Shown here one piece after another: positions 12,673 to 26,578 of a DNA stretch of 64,000 nucleotides. The stretch's first letter is position 1, and every line of letters begins with the position of its first letter. The stretch covers positions 20,584,001 through 20,648,000 of the forward strand of contig CAIIXF020000001.1 of assembly GCA_903813345.2 (NCBI GenBank). Reading direction: 5' to 3'. This DNA comes from Owenia fusiformis (Eukaryota). Below the pieces are notes generated by a model. That model did no database searches. It saw nothing but the letters and a program-made list of their open reading frames with translations, and was not told where the DNA came from. The position numbers and the translations under genes are program-made.

Positions 12673-15600
12673 ATGTCAGTGTATAGTAACCCAGGGGTTC
12701 ACACTGGGAGTGTCAACTTTGACCAACTGAGCATTGTACCAGAGGATAACCAAACACTTGGAATGGATTCTAGTTCAGAAGATAGCTCTTACAAGAACAG
12801 GCCAAATACATTCCTCTTGTTTGCATTTGTGTTGGAGTTCCTTATATTACTATTCGTCATAGTTTTGGAATACTTTCTAAGGTAGGCCTGCGTGTAATGT
12901 ATATTTAAGGATTTATCAGCTAATGTATGTTTTTAATTATTCTTATTTGCTGCATGTTACAGTTACCTTAAAAACATCAAAATAGTTTATTCATGAACTT
13001 AATACAGATCAGAATTACTTTTCCTTATATATATATATATACATGTATAGTAGGCAGTTGCATAATGATGCCAAAACACTTTAATTTAAGAAAGTAGAAG
13101 CAGTCTTTTTATAAAGTAATGAAAAATTGATTTAAATGATCCAATGAAGAAGTTACTGAACATAAAAGGTGCAGAAATGTCCACTTAGAGTTCACTTCTT
13201 TGTTTGTATCTTTGTTTGCATCTTTATTTACTCCAATTCTGAAGAGTACAATAAATGAATAAAAAGTCATATTTTATATGCAGTACATCCAGAGCACCTC
13301 TATTATATGACCTGATAAACCTGAAATAAGTTTTTCTGAAATTTGTCCCTTAAAACCTAAAAGGCTGCTATAACTAAAAGGTTATTCCATAAGGATTGTA
13401 TTCTGGCAGTTTAATTCCTAGCTTTCTTTTTCCATGTAATTTTCAGATTCACCGATGTGTTCCCAGTCCGAAAAGTCAACTTTAACTGTAGCGATGAGAG
13501 CATATCTTTCTCTAGCGCAGACTCCTCTTATGACGATTTTGCCTTCAACGCTAACATTCCAAGCTCAGTCGTTATGACACTCAGCTTCTGTGTACCACCT
13601 GTAGTTGTAAGCATTTATATATTTTATATCTAACCATATGTATTGCAATTATCTTAGAATGTCAGTATTGAATATGGTATTTATAGATTTGCTATTATCC
13701 AATAACTTAACAAATACTGTATAGACTGTCTTCAATTTTTTTCTAAATCATCTTCAAGTTTTCAAGAGTTTAAATCTGATTTAAGATTTGACCTTCAATG
13801 ACCTTTTCAAGGTCAAAAAAGTTTTATGATTTGCAGATGGCATCTGTAACAAATTTTTACAACTTCCTATAACTTAACAAATACTGTTTAGACTGACTTC
13901 ATTTTTTCAAAATCATCTTTAAGTTTTCAGTTGACCTTCAATGACCTTTAAAAGGTCAAAAAGGTTAAAAAAGGTCTTTTTTCAACTTGCATCAGATTGA
14001 TTTGTTTTTCAAAATCATCTACGAGTTCTCAGAAGTTCAAATCTGACTATAGATTTAAGATTTGACCTTCAATGACCTTCTCAAGTTAAAAAAGATAAAA
14101 AAGGTCTTTAGATTACAAAAGGTCAAGAGGTCTTTTTCAACTTGCTAAATATGGCCTCTCCATGTGAGGTATGCCAAGTGGTTTTAGACAGCCATATCTA
14201 TATAATGTGCCAAGGTCGGGTCCTAATCCATTATTTTAAAGAGAGTTGGATTGATGTTTTACTATCATGGGGACTTCACTTGAAAGAAAATATATTTTTA
14301 TGGCCAGAAAGTACCCATGGTGAAAGATATAACTGACTAAAATCACTTTCCATACCTCACATCGTCCTTTTATTAATGCCTTCAACACAGGCAACGGATC
14401 TCTGTTCAAGGAGGCATTTCCAATATGGCTGCTCATTTAAAAATGATAACTCAAATACCAGTTTACAGATAATTTCATATGCTGGTGCCTTATGGACATA
14501 GAAATCTGCTCAATTAAAGGAATTTTCAAAGTGACTGCTGAATTCAAAATTTAAAATTTTTTGTTCAAGAACTACTACTTTTGGTTATTTGTATCAATAA
14601 TGTCCAAAATGACAGATCTAGTAAAATATGTTTTGTGTAAGGGATTTGCTACTCCATGAAGTTGCTGTTTTTATGTCACCATCAGAAGTGGTGAGATATT
14701 GTTAAAGTCTCCAACCTTTTTCTAGTTTTTCGATATTTTCACAGTTTTCAAATTTGAAACCATTAGTTGATTCTTCATAACACAATCATAAAACCTCATT
14801 TATTTTAAAGATTTATTTTTGTTGTTTATTTTAGATAATAATAGGTGAACTCAGTGTGTGGGCCTTCAATAGCCAGCACCAGAAAGGTGTTAATATCATA
14901 TGTAATCACTGTACCCTGCCACAGCTTGTGAGGCGACTTCTTAGATTTATAGGTACTGTCTAGTTGTTTTGACTAGTTTTTGATTTTATTCATTTGATAC
15001 TGATCCAAATGGCAGAGCAGGTATTATGAAAAGTGTTGATATGCTGTATCTATTTTTAGACCACACTCATGCAAAAATGATAATTAATTGATGAAATCGT
15101 GTCACAGCTGCAAATATACAATTCACATTAAGTCCTACAATGTCACAAAGTAATAATCCAAGTAAAATCAGAAATCTCATGATTATGTTTTTTTGTGTTT
15201 ATAATAACTGTACCTTTTCCTATATGATAAATATTTTGAATGGAAAGTGGAAATTAATTTTTTTGTTTCAGAACTCATTTGTTTCAGAACTTGTTCTTAA
15301 GTTCAATCTGCATTTGTGACAGATTGACTATATTTCCTCACCCTCTGTCATAATAATTATATGTACGATGAAATTTTCTATCGCTCAGTTTTCTTTCTTT
15401 CAGGTGTATTTTTATTTGGTGCTCTGCTGACTTTAGTATTTACTGATGTGACCAAAATTATGACTGGCCGATTACGACCCAACTTTTTAGAAGTGTGCCA
15501 GCCAAACCAAACAATGTGCCGTCTTATGTCTAGTCAGACGGATGCCACATGTACAGCAAGTAACAGAGATGATATTCGGAATGCAAGGTCAGAGGTTAAA

Positions 15601-17055
15601 TAAATGTCTGATTTTAGGCCTTGAACAAGTAATAAGCAACTAGACATATATCTGGTATTTTTAAAAATCTGTTTTGGTCTGTTTAGATAATTCCATGTAT
15701 GATATACACTGTATATTAAATACATGCTGTCTTATTTTTCAGGTTATCATTTCCATCACTTCATGCATCAGTAACCTCATTCTCTGCAATATACCTTGTA
15801 GTGAGTATTATTTTCACATGATTTTGTTGTTTTATGTGCCAAATAATACCTTTTTTGCTTTCTCATTGTACAACAAGACTAGACTATTTAATATATTTTA
15901 ATTTGCTTCTCCAGATTTATATTCATGGAACGATAACTACTCATCATGTGAGAATTATGCAGCCATTCCTGTCGCTGACATTTGTGATATTGAGCTTGCT
16001 TTGTGGATACTCGAGAGTAGGTCGATATCAGAGCCATTGGACAGATGTACTGGCTGGTTTCATACTAGGTCCTCTGATGGCACTTTATTTGGTAAGTGAT
16101 GAGCCTTTCATAATAGGGGCGTCTAGTTATGGCTCTATCTTTTCCATAATACCACAATTTGAGAGTATCGTGGAAACCATAACGTTGCTACCATTTTAAT
16201 TCCAACTGAATAGAATTGACAGTTTTTCAGTCTCCATGTACTTTATTAATATTACCTTTTTCTTACTCATCAGCTTTTTTACAACACATTATTGTTTTAG
16301 GGGGTGTATGTTCTGAACAGCTTCCAAGAGAGAATGTCTGGGAAACAGTTATACACAAAGCTTAAGTATTTTATGGAAGAGCAGAGTGCTAAAGAGGCTA
16401 AGGACAGTTATAAAGAGGTAGATGACTTTCTGAGTACCTTAGAGAGATCCAGTAGATACAGACACAAGCCAGCTGTTTGTAGCGACACATGCTCACCTTG
16501 TGAAGACTAATTAAATGTGTTGATATACACTGTACATAGAAACAATGTTCTACTGGAGTCTGAAACTAGTTATTAATGATTCAACTGATTCATTGATTCA
16601 ACTCAGCACAATGTGGAGGGCCTTTGTGTTATTCCATTCCATATCAAACAAAGCATATTTTTTGTATTTACCATGTTATGCCTTTTTAGTACCACTATTT
16701 TCAGTAGTATAGTTGCATATGAAGTACATGTATTCTGCATGGGTTTGTGAATAGTTGCATAACATTGCATTATGGATTTCATAAGTGCATCTTGTGTACA
16801 TTAAAATGCATGGCATGAACCTCTTTGTTTTAGGAGAAGTTGTCTCGGTCAGTTTACCTAAAGGAGACTCTTACGGAGAACCATGCTCCTCCGAGAGATT
16901 TTGGGATTCCAAGGCCAATAGTACGACTTGATTCAAGTGATACTGACTCCAGACTGAGACCGCATGATACTTTTCAGAGGGAGTTAAGGAGGTCTGTGAA
17001 TAATCATCAAAGACGGACATCTTATAATTCAAATACCAATCACAGTCACATGTGA
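12673..17055 (+). CDS. PLPPR: Phospholipid phosphatase-related protein (PLPPR/PRG, PAP2 family)
   Basis: Exons 12673-12881, 13447-13606, 14835-14952, 15404-15587, 15743-15800, 15915-16091, 16301-16417, 16834-17055 join in frame. PLPPR-like FTDVFP and RRLLRFIG; C1 KIMTGRLRP, C2 FPSLHAS, C3 SRVGRYQSHWTD; multiple hydrophobic TM segments. Confidence 0.88.
13695..14143 (+). repeat. Degenerate tandem repeats of HINE family 1 in a PLPPR intron
   Basis: Units containing GATTTGACCTTCAATGACCTT..AAGGTCAAAAAGG match the array at 57890-59220. Confidence 0.75.
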
Positions 17056-18959
17056 ACCCTTGTGCTATAAAATTTAGCAGTAGTTTAAGTTCAATGAATC
17101 AAGTAAAATGGAAAATAGTTGTATTCAGACAAAATATATTTACACTTTTTATTTGAAATTGTAACAGAAATGTATTGTATATAGACAATAGAATATGACA
17201 TTAAACGTTGTTATTCGTCCTACTTGATTGTGCCCAAATTATGACACTGATTGTGTATTTATTGTATTATATAATTTATTATAAGCTTGAACAATGTCAA
17301 AAATTTGTTTCTAAATAATAAAGTACATATGTAAATATAAACAGCTGGTATTTATTTTCATGATATTTCTATTCTTGCTACATGTTTTTGCCATATTGTT
17401 CAATAAACTTTAAAGATCACACAATGCCCTCCCAAAATTGAAATGGAAAATAGTGAAAGATTGAGAAATTCTTAAGACCACATATACGAAAATTTGCATA
17501 TCTGATAACAGGTGAAAATCAGTTCATGCCATTTTTCAACATTGTTCTAGTTTTTTCATTCTGCTATGAAAACTCATAGAACTCTTATATTATTTTCTCT
17601 GCATCAAATGTATTCATAAAGCTCAAAATCTTGTCGGAACAGGAGTAAATCTTGTTTGCTCGTAAATCAATTTTACTTAGGCTGTATATATCATAGGAGT
17701 TACATGTACGCTCTTTGGGGATGTTTTACTTGTGTACTCTTTAGTGAGAATATATAAGCAATTGAGATGCGTTTGCCATGAGATTTATGGGCATATCTAT
17801 TTTAAAACAGCATTTTTTAAATTTATTTTTTACCCTTTGAAATGGATTATTGTTACAGCTTTGGAGGTTGACCCTTTGAAACGCCTATGGACTTTGAGAC
17901 TTGATTTTATCTATTCCACATCATTTGAGACTGAATGCTCTATTTACTTCTAAGTACTTTGATTTAAGGCTCTCAATTTTTCTTCAACATATATTGCAAT
18001 GTCTTCAGTATGTGTAAAATGTCCCTTGGTGTTCTGGTCTTGGATTGTGATATTGCTTCTTTGAAGTTGGAGAAAAGAGGGTATTAGATATTGCGTTTTT
18101 TCACGTTAGATCATAGTTTTGGGATATATGGGGTTTGTTTTTCTTATGATTTTGTCCTTTCCCTTTGGCATTTATGCTTAGATATTTATATAACTTTTCA
18201 TTCATCTGTGTAATGACCAGAAGTTCTGGCACTAAAATCACTGTTCACAAAAATGCCATTGTTGGGATACCAAATAACCCATTACATTTGCATTTTGTGT
18301 GGGAGATCTGAAGAAAACTCCACGATTCACTTTAACTTCAGTGATTTAATGCATGAAAAAGTAAAAAGGGGATTGAATATATCAGAATGATACTGCTGCA
18401 TAATATAAAAAAAATTTATTCTATATTTTGTCACTATTGCAATGCACTATTCAATGGCATTTGTATACAACTACACATATATATTTATGAAATATAATAT
18501 GATTTTAGAAAACACGCCATTTAATGAAATGTATTAAATATGGGCCTTAAACGGTCAATTTGATATTTATTTTTAGCAAGGTTGTTATTTTTTATCTTAT
18601 TAATTATCACTGTCAAGGTTACAATTGTAATTCATATTCCTATATTATCCTACACTTGGTGTACTAAATGTATAATAACATTAAAAGATAAATTTGATAT
18701 TTATTGGCAAAATGAATAACCGGAGGATATCGTAACAATATACTCTGGGTGGAGGATATTGTGACGATATACTCCGGAAAACCCAATATGCGGAGGATAC
18801 TGTGACGATATACTCCGCTCGTTGATTTCCCCCCAAATTGACTCTATTTGGCATGAAATTCATTTTGCAATGATATTATACATTTACTACACTCCTTGTA
18901 AGTGTAGGATAATAAGAACATTCTATAATTTTTTCAGAATATTATTTTAGTGTACTCGG

Positions 18960-19225
18960 TGATATTGATATATGCACTCGTTCGCTTTGCTCTCTCATGC
19001 AGATATCAATATTACATCGTAGATAAAAATGATATTCCTCAATATCATAGGATATCCTATAATTATCCCATAGTTGAGGTCAAATCTGCTTGATAACATG
19101 TAAATACATGATATTTTGCAAATGCATGGAAAACAATCCATGTGGAATATGGCGAATATTCCACATATATCACTTTTTTCTATGGATTTGAAAACTACCA
19201 CCAATGTGAGGTGTATTGTCACAAT
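18960..19225. repeat. Interspersed repeat fragments
   Basis: About 19062-19225 is an inverted homologue of about 27910-28078. About 18960-19065 (CACTCGTTCGCTTTGCTC..CATAGGATATCCTATAA) resembles 36280-36375 and 19520-19590. Confidence 0.65.
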
Positions 19226-19613
19226 GTCACATGATCATAACTGAGTCAAGAAAAATGGATGGCCAGTCCAGATCGTTTGATTTGAGGCTAGATTTAGGCA
19301 ATTAAAGGCCTGATAATGAGAGATACTGTTGTGAAAATGTAAATAAAAACATGCAAATGTGTACACGGCAAAGAAAACAAGATTCAATTAACATAAAAAT
19401 ATTCACAGGTTTTTTGAAAATATAAAACTACAAAAAGAACTTTATGTTGTTTGAAGTGCTTGTTTAGTTTTATTGGTGAACTATGGCTTAAATAGATCAT
19501 CCTATGAATTCTCAATCCACTCACTCGTCCAGATATTGTTATCAAGTCATGGATAAAAATGATATCACTCAAAATCATAGGATAACGTATACATATCGTA
19601 TGTGTTTAGAAGG

Positions 19614-19790
19614 ACCAATGATATTTTCATGAGACATGTGACCAATGGTATTTTCATGTTTACTGTCAGATTATCCTTAGATTGTTCCATTGGCATGTTG
19701 TGTGATGATCTCAACCGTTCCTAGACATGGATGAGCCGTAAATAATTCTGATCCATAGCGGACCAGATGTAGCAGTCTTACAATTTATGC
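19614..19790 (-). pseudogene. Decayed tandem duplicate of the GGT-A terminal exon
   Basis: Minus strand reads IVRLLHLVRYGSELFTAHPCLGTVEIITQHANGTI*G*SD, versus the real exon [40 protein letters not shown]. Confidence 0.8.
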
Positions 19791-19809
19791 AGATGGACTG
19801 ATGATATTT

Positions 19810-22800
19810 TCATGTGACAAATTTTCTTCTGTCAGAGTATCCCTCAATTGTTCCATTGGTGTGTTGTGTGATAATCTCAACCCTTCCTATACACGGCTGA
19901 GCTTTAAATAATTCTGACTTATGGCGAAATAGATTCAGCAGTCTTACAATTTCCTGAAAGTAATTATAGGAGTAATTGTTACTTTTATTTTGTATCACAA
20001 CTTATTTTAAATTGATAAAATACAAATATAAGTATAAAATTCATTGAGAAAAATTTCTGGCTTTTAAAGTGGTTAGAAGTTTGAATTAGAAGCTTATTTA
20101 CTGTACCTGAAGGTTTCAAACTTTTTAAACATTGTTTAACACTTACTTTATTAAATGTGTCCTCATATCCCAAGGTAAATTTTGGGAATATATGTTGTGT
20201 GATTCTAGGTTTGTCTATAGCTGTATAGATGTCCTCACCAAGCCACAATACCCTCATTATAACCTGGAATATGATAAAGGTGAACTTCATATATGATTGT
20301 TTTATTGACCTTACAACATTGTTGTTCAATGAGGTACTATTGTCTCAATGAGGTACCATGGTCAGAGGTGTTACTGATTAGTCCGGGCATGTTTTGTAAA
20401 AGAGCGCAATTTTTTCTGGGTGTGATATTGTTCTATTTCTAGTGATACTGTTCACTGTGTGCTTGTTTCTTACTCTAAACATACTGTATCCATGTATAAT
20501 TCTTTTACATATTCTCATCAATATTGGTGTTCCCCTAATGTTATTATTTCATCATGGAAATCTATTTTTCCTGATGTTTAGTTTCTTAGAAGTCATGCAG
20601 CCATGAAGTGAATCTTATTGCAGTATGTTTGCAGATAAAAGAGGTTAATTCAGCTATATATTTTGTTCATAAAAATCTACATTATAAAGTATATAACTAT
20701 CTGACCCATAAATATTATTCAAAGTGAAACTTGTAGAATTGTCTCATCTCCAAACTCTTAAAGAATGAAATCAGCTTACCTTTAGTAGTATTGGATTGAT
20801 TTTGGACATATATAAAGAGGTGTTACCAGTTAGTGCAGTAGTGAAGGAGTAATTTACAATATATCTATTAATGTGAAGACATCTTGTTTACCTGTAGTAT
20901 TGCAGGAGTAATCTGTCTTCCTCCAGCACCACCTATAACATAGCGGACCTCCCCACTCTCATCTACAAATATGGATGGTGACTGTGAGGATTGTGGTCTC
21001 TTGAAGGGTGACATCAAGTTTGCTTCGTGGTTCTGTAAAATCATTGATTCTTTTTGGATACAGTTACTGTGTATAAGAAAGTGAAGCTCAAAAATATGTA
21101 TTAAATATCTATTAACCCAAAGGTAAAATAATTATGATAATTTGCAGCAGAAACTACTAAGATTCTTCATTCAACTGAAAAAGGAGTCATACAAAGTATT
21201 GACTATCTACCAGGTCGATTAATTAGTTCTGGTATATGTGGTATGGTAAAAGACATAGACATATCCAATAAAAAAATCAATAGGATATATTAAAACTGCA
21301 ACTTAAACGTTACACCAAAATATATTTTTTGTACTTAAAGTAAATATACTAGTGAGTTAGAAAGAGAAGCATGATACCTCATACTCGACAGCCCTATTAT
21401 ATAAAGGGTATGTGAAGTCATTCATCTGGTTGTTAAATATGATGCCTGTTGATTTAGAAAAATGGTATGATCCAAATCTATAAAGTAAGAACATTTATTA
21501 TATTAAGATTATTTAGCCTTATCTTCATACATGATATGGAATATATACCATGGGAGGGAGTCCTTGATATACAATATGTTAATGTGTCCCAGAAGTAATT
21601 GATTGATGCTTTTTTCATTAATCTACAAAGATCATGTTCAACTATTCACAGAATGTGTTTACTTGTATTGTGACTAAAATAAAAACTTCACATCAACATT
21701 CTATGTGATTTCTCAAAATGTTAAGCCAAATAACGACTCACGGTGTATTAATGGAAGATGTTACAGCCACAGCGTCACCATTTGGGGCCAGCACAGATAT
21801 ATGCAAAGTACCACTATCTAACTTGGCTATTTTCTTTGCATAGTAAGCCTCATGTGGATGTGCTGTCTCAGTTATTTTTTTTCTTATACCCTCGAGGTAA
21901 ATGCCATTTCTCATCTGTTGTAGAATCTAAGGATATGAATTTTTCCTTTAATTAATACATCATCAACTGAATCATTTGTTTTCATATCAATGCAGTTTGT
22001 GCAAAATGCAAATACAGTATTGCATAATGAAGGAAATGTGTTGAAAATACACATATGGCACATCATTCACTACATGTACGTTAGAAAAGGAGGCTGACTT
22101 CCATATATTTTTCAGAGGAGGTTGAACTTGATAAGCTAGCTGCTAATTATGTGTCTATTGGGGAGACTAAGCCATAGTTATTAGTCAAAGTGATACAACC
22201 TACATGTATTTTGGCCAGTCAGCAAGTATAATATGGTATGACATTCACGTCTCATCATTTTGAAATTTCTGGAGATATGTCAAAAATACTAGAAATCACA
22301 ATACCCAATAAAATGTAAATGTATAATACCAGTTTCATATCACCATCTCCCATCTTGATTCGATGCGCAGCCCCAAACTTCATCACTTCAGCCACTTTGT
22401 GCATAAACTTTACTTCACTTAAGTTGTCCATAGAAGCTCCTTTAGAAACATTGTACTTGAATCCTTTAATAAAAGAATACAAGGTAAAGTTGTTTTGAAT
22501 TTATGAAAAAATCAATAATGAAATGCTTTGTTTGGTTTATTCATACTGCTATCTGTTTTTTGATTCATTAGATTTATAGTATATTATCATTTGTTTGATG
22601 AATATAGTGTCCTAGGTTTTTCCGATCTGTTTGCAATGTTTTGTGCTTTTCATGCCAATGTCTATAGGCCCATAGCTTGGGGTTCATAGTATAGATAAGA
22701 TGGGGTTGGTTATTTTATGGAAGTACTCACGCATAGCACTCACAGATGAGTCAAATCATGTTATAGAAAGTAGTATATTCAAACCAGTTTTACCTTGTAA

Positions 22801-25800
22801 AAGTTCCAACATGAAACCTAAAATTGGTCCACCACCTGGGATTGATGGAGAATGCATTGTCAGATGATTCACTTTTGTTGTAAAAGGTTCTCCTACAACT
22901 ACTTTGTAATTTGTGAAGTCCTCTCGCTTAAAAAATGGATCTGGAAAATATTTTGAGCTTCCCTCTGGAAATTCTTGAGAGTTGAGTTCGCTTAGAAGTT
23001 CATCTGTTAAGGAGCCATTATAAAATGCTTGTATCCCTTCCTTAGCTATAATTTCCAATGTCTTAGCTAGTTTTGGCATTTTTACTATTTCTCCTATCTT
23101 TTTTATTGATCCATTATCACATAAGGACTCACTTAGTAAACCTTGGCTGAAATATACAAAACATTACTTGCATTTAAAGAGGGTACAGTTTGTCAGTCGC
23201 AGGTGACAATTTTGGTACTTCTACCCCTAGATACCAATCCTAAGTTTAAAGACTATCTTGATTAGTTGATTTTATGACAAATTAAATATTTAGCGAGGTG
23301 ATAAAAAATTCATTTAGTACTGATCAAGAGGTTAAATCCTTAAGTTACTGATTGGTCAAGAAAAAATGCCTAAAGGTTAAACTTAACTGGAATAATTAAC
23401 ATTAATTTATAAAGCAGGTTCCGTTCAGAAAAATATTTGATTGTGACAATGTGGAATCTATTCAATTGGTTTCCTTAAATGTGAATTAATGAATCAATAG
23501 CAAAGAAGTTTGTGAAGGAAAAGATAGAAAATGTGAAATAAGATCATGTCAGCATATCCCTTTTAGTGTCAGCTACTAGTTGTAGACCTCATTGTTTTTT
23601 TTTAATTCTAGTCATCTGTGATGTTATCAGAATGTACAGTCGCTACATTGTTTTAAGTTGATTAGATGGCAACATTTTTTGGTGGACATGTGTTTTTCAT
23701 TTTATTGCTTAATTGGGTCCATTAATAACAGGTGTCTATTTTGTTGTGCATGTGTGATCTCATTCACACTGTGCTTTGTTTAAACAATTAACTTTATATG
23801 TAAGCATTATTTATAGTATTATTATAAGTATTGGCTTAATTGTGAATATACTGGTAACTTACCACAGTGGTTGATCATGCATTATAGGGTACAAGAAATC
23901 TTCCAAATTGTCCCAATGATTCAACGCTGCATATGTGTACTTAGACATTGGAGCACCAAATCGGGCTAATTTTATTGTTGGTTGAAAAAGGTCAGCCCAT
24001 GGCAGTTTCCCATGTCTTTGGTGGGCAGTCCAGTAGCCAGATAATTCACCGGGTACTGCTATAGAGAGTGGACCTGTAACAAAAATCCTTGTTTAATATT
24101 ATATGGTTATATTCAGACTACAATTCAATTTAATGTGAGTTTTGATCAAATCTTTTATCAATCATCACAGGCAAAATAGCAAAGTACATGTATATTCCAA
24201 AAAATCATGGCAACTCTATACTCCCATTCATACATTTATTAATATTAATTTATGCATAGAATGTCATATATGTGAGCATAATAAATCACAAATAATTCAA
24301 AATCTGAATTTCCTCCAAAATTGAGATTATGATAACAAAAATTGTATAATGAATGGTACTTGATTAACTTGTCAAAGTAAAAATGTGGAGATGTAGTCGT
24401 CTTAAGGATCAAAAATGGTGTTAAATCTTACACTTACCCCATTTCTTATATCTTTGTTGATGAGGTTTATATGCTGATTTGAATTCCTTACTTTTGAAAT
24501 AATCTATATTCGTTGACTTTGGGGATATTTCCCTTGCATTGATGTGTTCTGCCTTTTTGGTGCCATGGTCATATACAACCATTTGGAAACCTTAAAAAAT
24601 AAATTTCTCAGTTGCATCATTTAACACAACCATTAGACAACATTGAAAGGTCTATTAAGATACTTAAAGGCCCACAATTCTTAATTTAGAAGAAAAAGAA
24701 AATCGTTGAAAAAATAACTTGCATTTGAAGTTCAGAGATCATTAGACATGCATGCACATGTTAAACAAAGTGCATGTTTTAAATTACTGTTGATTACAAA
24801 GATGACAACACTTCTATAAAAATGAATGTATCTTGTAATACAAATAACTTTGCCATCTTTCAATGACATTGATAAAAACTTGATATATAAATCTTTGATG
24901 TCCGTTTGAGCTGTTGTTTGTGCCAAATGAAAGATAAGGTTCTTATCAATACATCTGACATACTATGACATTTAAATGTAAGTCTTCATTTTGCCCAAAA
25001 ATGTTGAAAATTCGCAAAGTGGGCCTTTAACTGGCTTAGTCAGGATAGTAGCACCAGCATGTGACAATCAATGGACATTAACTCAGAAGGATAAAATGAG
25101 ACCAAGTATTATTATAAATTATAATGTTTACTCTTTAAATTTTACAAAAAGTAGTTTACCCCCTCCTATGCCCATGGCATGAGGCATTTTCACCCCAAGA
25201 CATAGCATAGTTGCAATGGCAGCATCAACAGCAGAACCATCTTTCACATTAATGATGTCCCTGAAATACAGTTATTGATGTCTAGTACATGCTGCTTAAT
25301 TCAATTTATATAATTTAACATTGCGTAATACAATATTTTAAACATTATACATGAAAAGGACTCCCAAGGAGTGTATTGAATAAGATTGTTACATCAAAAT
25401 TGGACAGGCTTGAATAACAAATGCCTTTTTAACCCCCAAAAACTGAAATTATCTGCAATGTTCTGTTGAAATGAATTCAAGACTTGACGTATAAGGCAGA
25501 AAATAACAACTCAATCAGAATACATTCAACCAAATTAGCAGCTATCAAAATGTATGTTTTTAGAAGCACTTATATGTAACATTTATGAAATATTGAACAT
25601 TTAACTCCATGATGCCTGTTTTTGTGCTCATCAAAATTGTATATTTATTGTCTTGTTTAGAGCTTAATGTAAGGCTTAGTCACTTAGTGTGGGAAGCAGA
25701 GTTCTTTGAAATACACAAAGATATATGAATTGAGAAAGATATATCTCATCATCAAGATATATCTCATTGATTAGTGTAAATAAATATTTTACCTTCCGAT

Positions 25801-25908
25801 TTCTGCACATTCATGATCTGCCGCTGTAACTTCGCCATTTCGCATGGAAGCATGTGTGTCCAGTATTGGTATCATGAAAAAGTATAATATGACTGTCAAC
25901 AGATTCAT
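19810..25908 (-). CDS. GGT: Gamma-glutamyltransferase / glutathione hydrolase-like paralogue A (11 exons)
   Basis: Minus-strand exons 25908-25793, 25260-25160, 24590-24438, 24073-23863, 23146-22794, 22463-22330, 21926-21742, 21477-21378, 21032-20892, 20263-20147, 19953-19810. Motifs [32 protein letters not shown], catalytic G|TLH, FNNQMNDF, GGAGG, SDRRK. N-terminal signal-like sequence. Confidence 0.93.
24668..25026. mobile_element. Kolobok-like MITE (TTAA TSD, AGGCCCAC TIR) in a GGT-A intron
   Basis: TTAA|AGGCCCAC...GTGGGCCT|TTAA. Internal homology with 40659-41158 and 50420-51696. Confidence 0.8.
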
Positions 25909-26026
25909 GGTGCATTGAAAACAACTAGTGTAATGAAAAAGTATAATGACTAGTCACTATGTATAAATATATAGTATACAGAACATTTATGTTAATAATG
26001 AGGCATACATGAATATTTCTGCAGGT

Positions 26027-26578
26027 TATTATCCCACCAAACCAAGAAAGGTAGAGATATAGCGAAGCTGTACAACCATCCGTCTGTCATCAAGTTTGTC
26101 TATGTGAGTGATATCTCAAATTCTGGTGATGAGATTAAGTTTAAATATTACAGGATATGATTTCTGCTGAATAAGGATTTTTTAAGATGCCCCTGACTTT
26201 GATATGGCTGCCATTTTCATGAAAACATTCTAATTCTGCAAAATTAAATATCAGTAATTTGGTCTAAATCTTATAGGTCAATGTCTTATTACAAAATAGT
26301 ATTTCTTGTTCTCATTGGCATTGGTTTGGTTTGGATACTACTTCAGAAGCAATTTTCAAAATGGCTGCTGAATGAAAATGGCTGTAATTTTTCTTTTTTT
26401 AAATTATGCAAATTCCACTTATATCAGATTTGTTCCAAATATTAGATGTGATGCCTTATGGTCATAAAACCTGTCCTCGAAGCAGAGCTTATAATATGGT
26501 GTCAAAATGACAAGTGATTTGATGAAATGTGTTTTAGTCGGTGGGATTTGCTACTCCATGGAGTTGCTGTTTTTCTCG
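26027..26578 (+). mobile_element. Helentron/HINE-like element (family 2) between the two GGT genes
   Basis: 5' TTATTATCCCACC..CCGTCTGTC and 3' GTGGGATTTGCTACTCCATGGAGTTGCTGTTTTT hairpin plus T-tract. The same 3' end occurs at about 14641, 39280 and 42080. Confidence 0.65.
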
